This document shows positions 58,101 to 64,000 of a stretch of DNA of 64,000 nt, piece after piece. Numbering within the stretch: the first letter of the stretch is position 1; each line of letters starts with the position of its first letter. The notes under the pieces were generated by a model. That model saw nothing but the letters and a program-made list of their open reading frames with translations. It was not told where the DNA came from and did no database searches. Origin of the DNA: Phoronis australis (taxonomy: Eukaryota; Animalia; Phoronida); assembly GCA_002633005.1 (NCBI GenBank), contig NMRA01000213.1, positions 426,996-490,995 on the forward strand. The letters run 5' to 3'. A program made the translations under genes and the position numbers.

Positions 58101-61100
58101 AAAATAGTGACTACTTTGGGCATTTGGTTTGGTTAAATCTTATTTTTGAAAATCGAGAAAGGCCATTCGACAAGAGTTAGGTGGAAATTGCGTAAAAGAG
58201 ATACACATATGCATTCAATCGTTCAGAATTTACCCCCATAAATTTGGTTCTTTTTGCCAGGTACGCCACTTCTCATGGGATCGATGTTGCAAATTATTGG
58301 ATGGGAATTACTTATATTAACATGACATCTTACGGGAACTGGAGAACATATGACGGCAACATACTCAACAACAGCTTTACCAACTGGCGGAGTGGTGAGC
58401 CACATGAAAGTGAGAACACTTGTGTCAAGATGAGTTGCAAGGACCATGGTTGCAAATGGGAAGATGCGAGCTGCAGCGAACAAAACAATATAGTATGCGA
58501 AATGGCAGGTATGTTTATATAAAGGTTACAATGTCATGTCGCATCCATCTCGTTCTTAGAGGTTCCGATGACATCTTGATGTCATAATAAAATCGGCAAG
58601 GGACGGCCAATGATGTTTGTTTATCGGCATTGAGCAATATCTCGCTATCCTTTCCATAATAAGTCTAGCCTCAGAAGCAGAGCAGTGACGAGACAAATAG
58701 GTCTAACAGATTTGTTAACGAATAATATCACAATTGATTTTTTGTACTTTCAACGATTATTGCCCTTCTTTCTGGGCGATTTCAGACAAGGTCGTATATT
58801 TAAGTCGCAAACCTAGGTCGTAAAAAACCATGGCCAAACGTACTTTACTGTGACCGCTGTTTTTTTATAAGATTGAGATGCGATTTACATGAAGATTTAT
58901 TTTCCCCACCATTTAAATGGGCCATTTTTATAAACCGAGCGACACTAAATATTTTATATGCTATAGTGAATCTGAAGATAAGATGGCATTGGATACTTGA
59001 TGAAACGCCTCACCTTTGGAAGATTATTGACGTATGCGGAGACTGTAAAGTGGTTGCGTTTTTGAGAGTTCCGCATGACAAATACACGTTAATTTTTCCA
59101 AAATTCGATTTGGGATCCTGGAGAGGAGACATCCAACGTCGTGTTCTTTAACAGCGTGAGATATAAAAAATAGCTTACCATTGTACTGTATGAGTTGCTT
59201 ACATGTTCATCACTTTTAGCTCAGGGACCAATCAAAGGGGGCTGGGGTGAGTTCGGACATTGGACATCTTGTTTACTGAGTGAGAACCGCAATCGAACCA
59301 AAATGTGCAATAACCCAGCACCAAGTGACGGCGGCGCATATTGTCAGGAAGATAGCTCTAGTATGGAGACCCAGTCTTGTCCAACTCAGGCAACGTTGAG
59401 GATGAGCTATTACGACAAAGTTTCTGGTAAGACCATGACAAAATTGTTCGTTGGTTTATAGAGTCCTTATTGAAACCACACGTGCTCACACTGTGTGCAT
59501 TTCTGATTTGCATCGTTTCTCATACATAGCTAATCAACTCACCTGAAATTCAAAACAGTCATCATGGGACTGCGATCAACGGCACCTGTCCACACGCACT
59601 TCATCAAAGTAGCTTAGTAAACTGCATAATTTTGACCGTAATTGTCAAAAGTGTGACGCTCCTGATACCACTCTTTGGTTGTATGTAAGTATTACTCTAT
59701 ATTTTTACAATCCATTATTTACTTAAGTCCTGGTGGTTGGTTTGCCATCAATTTTATGGGGACCATTTGGTCCTGTACGCCCTTCTTCACCATTGGTCGT
59801 ATCAATACACTAATTGAAATATTAGAATATAGCAAAGAAATTATGGTTGGGCGAATAACAATTGCATACGGAGGTCACGTGGATGCTTATAAAGAAAAAG
59901 GCAATTCTTTGTGTCACAAATCATTAAAGTGCGTGTACCTGGCAGTCAAAAATACGTTATTTTCTTTAAGCAATCGAATATGGCTGCTATGTCGACCGTT
60001 CGTCGCGAGATCTCCCGAATTATATTGGAATATCTGCACTTACGCCATCAAAGTGTCGGAAAGCGTGTCAGGATGCCGGCCACAGGTACGCAGCAGTTCA
60101 AAATGGCGGTCAATGTTTCTGTGGGAACTCTTTCGGTAACCATGGCAAAGCTCCCGACTCTGACTGCAGTACTGGTTGTAACGGTGACAACACGCAGAAG
60201 TGTGGTGGGCCGTGGAGAAACCGGGTGATGCAAGCTGCAAATGGTGCAGGTACGTGAATACACTTTAACGAAGCAGCGCTTTTTGTGTTCAGCAGGGGAG
60301 TGTTTTATGAAAGCGCTCTTTGTGCTCACCAGGTTAAAACTGTTCACTCGCCGTTTACTCTTAACCAGCGTTATGCGTTGCATTTTGATGTTGACATCGC
60401 TCAAAAACTAAATCTTTCAAAGACCGGGTGCACTGTGAAGGAAAATGGACTGATCTACCTGTGACAGCAAGGGCGCGACTTGCCAATTAGATTTCGTTGG
60501 TATTTTACTTTGACGACAAATTTCCGCCAAAAGGGTGCCTTTACTTAAAGCGCAAACTGATTTTCTGAAAAATAGTAAAGCGTCGTTTACCGCAAACAAC
60601 TTAGCGGCACGCAGCCGATATTATAAAAGTGGTTTAACAAAATCAGGTTTAAGACTTAAACTCGGCTTTCTAAAAACCTGAGACGTAACTTGCATTTCAC
60701 CCACGTGGTTTTAAAGCCTGGAAGCCAGTTTTGTCCAGACAAAGGAGTGGGTTTGATAAAACCAGTTATAAAGAATGTATGGGATCTTGCTGATCGATCT
60801 GCGTTAACTCGTCAAAGGCACTATTGAAGTATAGTATTTAATGAAACCTGGTGGGTCTGTTAACAATAACACAAGTGGAGGTCTGACAAATATTCTTCAG
60901 AGCAACTTGGTTTCTTTACAGAACTGATTAGAGAAAACACCTACATGAACGTCATAGAAAATCATTAAACTGACACCAAATCATCTCAATGTAAACAACA
61001 ACTTTGAATAATTATCGGTCCAATCACACTGGTTGCATAGTTCCAGGGACAGAAATTCTTGGGATGCTAAACAATCAAAGCCAAACGCAATTTCATTTGC

Positions 61101-62231
61101 ACAAAAACACAGTGAAAGATCCAGTGGAGGATCTAGGATATCCCCAGGGCGACTGACATTTTTTCAATTTCCGATAACTGTGTCCAACACACACGCGCGG
61201 GCGCACACACACACACAAATAATCACCAATGATTAACCGCAACACAATGCCATTTTACCTGTCATTCTTGCTTCCTATTTTTATTCGGTGGTCCGATTCT
61301 TCCCTAAATCCTCCACTGGGACCAAAGGAGGTGAAACTAAGTAAGAAGCATCAAGTGGTGTTAGACCTCATAAGAGATGTTGCCGTCCTTAGGCCGCATG
61401 ACGACGACGACCTGTCCTATGATTCGTATTTTTGGGAATCACGTACGGTGCACGTGGTGCTGGTCTACTGTGTGCTTGAATGAGTTCGTTGTCGTCGTGA
61501 AAGTGAGACTAGTCCACTCTCGCTCAATAATTGCGTCGGTGATGCACTCGTTGTCGTCGTCTTTGAGACACACGGTTGAGCACATTTATATCGCATAGGT
61601 CTTTCATCTTTAACAGCAAATATTAAACCTGGGGCTGACCTAGTCTAAAGTTACACTTTGCGTTTGAGATCTTGATATCGGCCTAAGGAATTCAGCTCTC
61701 TCGGTTATGAAATCAAAGCCGTTTTGACCATATTTATGCTGGAGTGTTACACGACAACTCGACTAAAAGTTAAGTTTCTCTCAGGTTATCTTTAAACCTG
61801 GTCCATGCCCAATGTACATGTAAAACAATTTTAATTTGAAACCATCTTGATGGATCGAAAGCAAATGACCCAGACGCAAAACAACGGATAGTTTGTTGGC
61901 AACAAGTAACTTAATCCAACATTTTGCATTCTGTGATTTTATTACCTGCTTTGTATCATTTCAGTATGTAGCGGTACGGACAGATTCCAACTAATTACCG
62001 TTGACAAAGTGGCATTCAGCGGACATACCATTGAAACGGTCAACGGCGTCGACAGTGAACTAAACTGCGCCATTTTGTGCATGAATGACGCGGAGTGCCA
62101 GTCTGCGGATTACTCCAGTGTGTCGTCCACGTGCACTTTCTTAGATGTCAAGTGGGATAATCAAACGCTGTCTTCCAATTCCTTGGCAGAGAAGTCTCAG
62201 ATGGCGCATGTAGAATTTCAATGTACCTTAG
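1..62231 (+). CDS. Partial multi-exon gene model (20 exons, ~1,400 aa): mosaic extracellular multi-lectin (CTL/F5-8C/TSP1/Sushi/PAN/SUEL/WSC)
   Basis: Manually chained exons all have AG acceptors and GT donors with matching phases and no stop codons. Exon lengths sum to 4,210 nt. Continuity across the 9088-36711 intron, which contains an N gap, is inferred. Confidence 0.75.
1680..1752. repeat. (GT)n microsatellite
   Basis: Perfect GT dinucleotide run. Confidence 0.98.
3336..3532 (+). CDS. Exon: C-type lectin domain 1, C-terminal half (degenerate, no EPN/QPD)
   Basis: Acceptor tttcag|T completes the GAT codon. Reads VFWLSE...QCSSLVCNSTHCYEVAQDCHGTQSVICEK. Donor G|gtaagg, phase 1. Confidence 0.85.
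4025..4206 (+). CDS. Exon: F5/8 type C (discoidin) domain, part 1
   Basis: Acceptor catag|CT. Reads ...AFSAAS...AWCAKTKTDPNDFIQVDLGFDWVVSAIGTK. Donor AAG|gtaatg, phase 0. Confidence 0.9.
5145..5252 (+). CDS. Exon: F5/8 type C domain, part 2
   Basis: Acceptor cacag|GGT. Reads GRATEDQWVKTYELQLAMENDTFACEQGFPLGTCKE. Donor GAG|gtaacg, phase 0. Confidence 0.9.
5862..6000 (+). CDS. Exon: F5/8 type C domain, part 3
   Basis: Acceptor tttcag|TTT. Reads FAGNEDRHTEVVNRLEFPRVARYVRIKPLAFHMWKSLRFEVYG, the canonical FA58C C-terminus. Donor G|gtaatt, phase 1. Confidence 0.92.
7972..8139 (+). CDS. Exon: thrombospondin type-1 repeat (frame absent from ORF track)
   Basis: Acceptor tacag|AT. Reads GGWSHWGAWSSCAMPTQATQNRRRNCTNPLPQTGRHCLGAPVSYRACPP (WxxWxxWxxC, RxRxC). 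Donor A|gtatgt. 168 nt, phase 1-1. Confidence 0.88.
8872..9087 (+). CDS. Exon: TSP1 repeat preceded by a TSP1 C-terminal remnant
   Basis: Acceptor tttacag|GG (an in-frame alternative acceptor lies at 8863). Reads IDGNWTSWSQWSNCSSECGHSTRNRTRKCSNPIPAFGGEDCMGNATQILVCVVARCP. Donor A|gtaagt, phase 1. Confidence 0.9.
9790..9972. repeat. Imperfect (GCT/GCC/ACT)n trinucleotide repeat
   Basis: Direct reading of the sequence. Confidence 0.9.
10748..11325. repeat. Compound (TAC/CAC/TGC)n low-complexity array with an internal duplication
   Basis: Triplet runs. The block tcagtgactattactgctacttgtactata...tttacgactgttactac occurs at ~10996 and ~11101. Confidence 0.9.
12537..12760 (+). mobile_element. MITE (CAGTGGCGGAT...ATCCGCCTATG), non-autonomous DNA transposon
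   Basis: Terminal inverted repeats flanked by a TTGCA direct repeat. Related copies at ~21395-21530 and 37082-37368. Confidence 0.75.
12980..13620 (-). pseudogene. Possible highly decayed non-LTR reverse transcriptase fragment
   Basis: Minus-strand peptides ALWEENVD..., KVPH and VPDQ/IPDQ loosely resemble LINE RT motifs (VD.IYLDF.KAFDKVPH and C-terminal VPDQP). The resemblance is weak. Confidence 0.22.
15130..16350 (+). repeat. Left arm of a long diverged inverted repeat (partner 23585-24920)
   Basis: For example, cctccagagttcaactta and aagagacaaaaatgat are reverse-complemented at ~24845 and ~24760. Collinear over ~1.2 kb, including an (AAT)n tract and a nested MITE. Confidence 0.8.
17433..19523 (+). 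repeat. ~1,045-bp near-identical tandem duplication joined by a single N (18478)
   Basis: 17433-18477 and 18479-19523 differ only by scattered substitutions. Confidence 0.95.
20617..21326. other. Assembly gap (710 N)
   Basis: Run of N. Confidence 1.
22550..23200 (-). pseudogene. Decayed RecQ-like SF2 helicase fragment (as carried by AcademH-type transposons)
   Basis: Minus strand reads AID*VHVVVLW (motif II DExH), LGQRTSSF...QLTAST (motif III), VKIYHS (IVa-like) and IRVV (V-like), in the correct order, with stops and frameshifts. Confidence 0.45.
23585..24920 (-). repeat. Right arm of the long diverged inverted repeat
   Basis: Reverse complement of 15130-16350, with extra MITE insertions at 24074-24220. 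Confidence 0.8.
24074..24220. mobile_element. Two adjacent ~70-bp mini-MITEs
   Basis: Each has CATAGGCGG(C/G)GCA...TGCGCCGC(A/C)CAT inverted ends (24074-24147 and 24151-24220). Confidence 0.65.
27023..28632 (+). mobile_element. Non-autonomous Kolobok-type DNA transposon
   Basis: Perfect 15-bp TIR AGGAGAATGCCACCC / GGGTGGCATTCTCCT, flanked by TTAA on both sides (27019-22 and 28633-36). RR..YY termini. Confidence 0.85.
28890..29730 (+). repeat. Internally repetitive dispersed repeat (units of ~350-440 bp)
   Basis: The motif ccaaatt..tgaaaat...gacct..aagataca..ggtaaa recurs at ~28905, 29343 and 29697. The same family occurs inverted at 47610-48720. Confidence 0.7.
29631..34503 (+). repeat. ~2.2-kb near-identical duplication (29631-31856 and 32257-34503), N at 31857
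   Basis: Collinear copies with few substitutions and small indels. Confidence 0.95.
31858..32150 (-). pseudogene. THAP zinc-finger domain relic from a DNA transposon
   Basis: Reads GGYTCCVPG/CYN...FSYYLFPKDQELR*TWVRDIGR...KVCSAHFEGGKKTYLRNCPTI, with C2CH ligands and FP, W and PTI motifs. Contains stops and a frameshift. Confidence 0.8.
36712..36927 (+). CDS. Exon: Sushi/CCP domain
   Basis: Acceptor ttttcag|CA. Reads CPVVSL...GSSVTYTCDSGHLF...LQCTDGGTWDKPLGVC (4 Cys plus conserved W). Donor G|gtaagt, phase 1-1. Confidence 0.9.
37082..37368 (-). mobile_element. MITE of the CAGTGGCGGAT family
   Basis: cataggcggattt...gatccgccactg inverted ends. Similar elements at 31581-31729, 34228-34372, 61122-61318 and 62498-62765. 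Confidence 0.7.
39352..39606 (+). CDS. Exon: PAN/Apple domain (divergent)
   Basis: Acceptor ttgtag|GT. Reads ECSKLCRDDSNCQASQWNLVDKKCQL (CxxxC...C...C). Donor A|gtaagt, phase 1-1. Confidence 0.85.
41545..41811 (+). CDS. Exon: PAN/Apple domain
   Basis: Acceptor tcgtag|GT. Reads SCLEECLKTSGCLSADYFVEMNICRV...HIEFECTE. Donor G|gtacgt. 267 nt, phase 1-1. Confidence 0.88.
41982..43690. mobile_element. Possible degenerate Kolobok-like non-autonomous element
   Basis: Weak inverted ends aaggtgctcc / ggagattacctt-aa. TTAA is present on the right side only. Confidence 0.25.
44127..44533 (+). repeat. 21-bp minisatellite (TCTATCGATAGACTTACTATC)n, left arm
   Basis: About 19 tandem units. Confidence 0.95.
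47610..48720 (-). repeat. Inverted copy of the 28.9-29.7 kb repeat family, nested in the IS3EU element
   Basis: ttttccgatgacttcgactactgtggcg and aaccaaagcgctctaaggatgat are reverse complements of sequence at 29555-29660. Confidence 0.7.
49400..49870 (-). pseudogene. DDE integrase-core transposase pseudogene (IS3/IS481-related, IS3EU-like), N-terminal part
   Basis: Reads ...LSIRQLRRVLASQGLRRR...SSGQMHGY / IDPSGVEGKRCKRLIRRRYGARGPNAV / MDSYGKL*PYGICINGCIDGYSR, with frameshifts and stops. Confidence 0.85.
49885..50245 (-). repeat. 21-bp minisatellite, inverted right arm
   Basis: (GATAGTAAGTCTATCGATAGA)n, the reverse complement of the left array. Confidence 0.95.
51563..51743 (+). CDS. Exon: C-type lectin domain 2, N-terminal half
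   Basis: Acceptor ttgcag|AT. Reads CLPRT...GGCYFVSG...TYSDSKAYCEARGAHLAYITSAVE. Donor AA|gtaagc. 181 nt, phase 1-2. Confidence 0.9.
52137..52187. repeat. (TA)n microsatellite inside the CTL2 intron
   Basis: Perfect TA run. Confidence 0.97.
52460..52695 (+). CDS. Exon: C-type lectin domain 2, C-terminal half (EPN motif)
   Basis: Acceptor cacag|C. Reads VFIGIKD...WKWGDGASLSYLNWDSGEPNDGGKECV...WEDEDCSSTRYFLCE. Donor T|gtaagt, phase 2-1. Confidence 0.92.
54182..54397 (+). CDS. Exon: TSP1 repeat plus linker
   Basis: Acceptor atattag|GG. Reads VDGGWSADYGPWNSTCTSCAYRSRSKICNNPPPGAGGADC...CLCP. Donor G|gtaagt, phase 1-1. Confidence 0.9.
55997..56266 (+). CDS. Exon: SUEL-type (galactose/rhamnose-binding) lectin domain
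   Basis: Acceptor ttgtag|CT. Reads ACEG...ALYGRQDKTTC...CDGKTTCSV...FGDPCGGTYKYITITYSC, with the diagnostic YGR and DPCxGTYKY motifs. Donor A|gtacgt. Confidence 0.92.
56589..56849 (+). CDS. Exon: PAN/Apple domain
   Basis: Acceptor ccttag|GA. Reads LCASYCASDGQCKSADYTPATSDCLF...HLEIQF. Donor G|gtaagt, phase 1-1. Confidence 0.88.
57145..57325 (+). CDS. Exon: C-type lectin domain 3, N-terminal half
   Basis: Acceptor ttgtag|AG. Reads CPRGWTMIGNRRCFV...QALEYCANRGAHLAVIDTDVE. Donor GG|gtggga, phase 2. 181 nt, the same length as the 51563 exon. Confidence 0.88.
57637..57882 (+). mobile_element. MITE (CATGCGTGCACCCAG...TGGGTGCGCGCAAG)
   Basis: Inverted ends. The 5' part is shared with ~45432-45510 and the 3' part with ~1885-1976. 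Confidence 0.65.
58261..58508 (+). CDS. Exon: C-type lectin domain 3, C-terminal half (EPH variant motif)
   Basis: Acceptor ttgccag|G. Reads YWMGI...FTNWRSGEPHESENTCVKMSCKDHGCKWEDASCSEQNNIVCE. Donor G|gtatgt. Confidence 0.9.
59220..59426 (+). CDS. Exon: TSP1 repeat (4-Cys) plus linker
   Basis: Acceptor ttttag|CT. Reads GGWGEFGHWTSCLLSENRNRTKMCNNPAPSDGGAYC...QSCP. Donor G|gtaaga, phase 1-1. Confidence 0.9.
59971..60249 (+). CDS. Exon: WSC domain (frame absent from ORF track)
   Basis: Acceptor ctttaag|CA. Reads EYGCYVDRSSRDLP...LTPSKCRKACQDAGHRYAAVQNGGQCFCGN...DCSTGCNGDNTQKCGGPWRNRV, the 8-Cys WSC pattern. Donor G|gtacgt. Confidence 0.92.
61965..62231 (+). CDS. Exon: PAN/Apple domain (gene continues beyond the window)
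   Basis: Acceptor tttcag|TA. Reads NCAILCMNDAECQSADYSSVSSTCTF...HVEFQCTL. Donor G|gtaaac. 267 nt, the same length as the 41545 exon. Confidence 0.88.
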
Positions 62232-64000
62232 GTAAACTATTATTAAATGACAGGACAAATTCAAAGTGTTAATAAAAAGCAATGATGTGAAAACGAGCTG
62301 TTCTGTGATCCTGTCATTGCAATTAAATCATTCCTTTGGTGAATGCACGTTGCTAGCTTGCTCAATTTCATGTTGGGAATTGCACAAGAAACGAAACAAA
62401 TAGTAGAAAACAGAAACTCTACTTTGGCTTCATTAGGCTCTCGAAAATGCAAGCATGTTGATCACCAGAGATGGGAATGAAGATTGAGTACATACAGCAA
62501 TGGTGGATTTAGAGGGGGGCAAGGGGCCATGCCCCCCTAGAATTCTCCCAGATACCATGCTGACTTGCATATGCGCGAACCCAAGGGGGGTCGAGGGGCC
62601 ATGAACAAACCATGTTTACTTTTTTTTTCTAGTAATAAAGTCCACAAACCCAAAAATTCCGAGACCCCTGCATCCCTACATTTTAGTCTGGGCGCCCGCA
62701 TGTGGCAAAATTCTGGTTATTCCCGTGCCATGGCCACCTTAACTCAAAATCCTGGATCCGCTCCTTCACTGTAAGTCGTAGTTTTAAATCTCACATGTGT
62801 TTTGAAAGTTACCTTCATCGGATAGACGGTGTCAATACTAGAGCTGGATTTACGAGAGTTCGATGTTGTGCGACTCCATACGGAGGCAGACATTCAAGTC
62901 AAGCCAGGAATGAGAGGTTCAGTCAGTTTTCAACCTGTCATCGAGTCTCTGTTTCACCTTTGGTTTGAATGTCCCTTCTTACTGTACAAATACCTTCCTT
63001 AAAGATATTTAGCCCCACCTAGTGTAGACACGGTTATAATCATGGTGTATATGAGAAACCGAACTGGCGTATGGCGTATCTGTAAATTTATTTATTTATT
63101 ATGCATTTTATTTATTTATTATTATTAAATTTATTTATTATGCATTTTAAAAGATACAGAGACACGGTTCATTTTACGATCAGGTTTAGTTTCGTGGTAT
63201 TTTATTTTTATTTTCTAGTTTATTGTATCACGGGCCGGCTGCTTAATTTACTGGAAAAACTAAATTATTAGGTAGTTGTGCTGCACCACGTATTTGTTGT
63301 GCACGGGTATGCCGCGTATGAATCAGGGTTGCATTCTACGCACTGCAACGATTGGTGATGCACCCATGTGGTATTGTTTGGTATTTTACTGTACATTTGA
63401 AGGCAAGCTTTGAGCAGTTCTCGTTAAAACTGTATTACACAGTAAACCATATCAACTGTACCCAATCCCCAATTACCTAAATACGACTGTCTAAAAATGG
63501 TTCCTGGGAAATGACTTTTTGTTTTGCCTGAAGAACCTTTTAACGGATAGCGTGTTGCGTCGCAAAATTGTAGAACCACCTGAGCAAAAGCGATAGTAGT
63601 GCAATGAGCTGGTGCATTAGGCGTATTTCATTTTTAGCGAGATTCCACCATGGATTTTCTTAGTTTTTGAATTTTCAGTTAATATGAAACGAATACCATG
63701 AGATCTAACTAATTAGCACTGTTGATGCCAAGTAGTCGTGTTTTTTAAAGAAAACCCAGTATGTCCAAGTTTCCCGCCAAATGATGTAATGGGTGGAAGA
63801 CAAGTAGTCACTTGGCAATCAATTGCAGTGGCGGAACACAGCATATCAGAAGACGAGAACGATTTTGAGCGATTCACAAAATACACACTTAATCACTAAC
63901 AAAGGCTATAATAGACGGGTCTCACATTTTCACTATAATTTATTGCTATGATGGAATGACTACGGTATAGACACAATGCATACGCCTACGTGTCGTAACC

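Noticed and set aside
59675-60404. 154-aa, 105-aa and antisense ORFs
   Set aside because: Shadow frames of the WSC exon.
1-64000. tRNA/rRNA genes and prokaryotic operons or defence systems
   Set aside because: None seen. The coding sequence is spliceosomal and there are no long intronless ORFs.

Overview
Eukaryotic, AT-rich, intron-rich and repeat-rich genomic DNA. The style suggests a marine invertebrate, which is my inference and not a species identification. The main feature is an internal stretch of a very large plus-strand mosaic extracellular gene. I assembled it by hand from 20 GT-AG exons (about 4,210 nt, about 1,400 aa, with compatible splice phases throughout and no start or stop codon in the window). 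Domain order: CTL - F5/8C(discoidin) - TSP1 - TSP1 - [27.6-kb intron containing an assembly gap] - Sushi - PAN - PAN - CTL - TSP1 - SUEL lectin - PAN - CTL - TSP1 - WSC - PAN. The 3' half is a reiterated PAN-CTL-TSP1-X cassette in which slot X holds a different glycan-binding module each time. The introns contain a 6.2-kb IS3EU-type transposon with palindromic 21-bp minisatellite arms, a Kolobok-type element with TTAA target-site duplication, THAP and RecQ-helicase relics, several MITE families and microsatellites. There are also two near-identical duplications associated with a single N, which are probably haplotype assembly artefacts. Most ORF-track entries are spurious, and two real exons (TSP1 at 7972 and WSC at 59971) are absent from the track in the correct frame.
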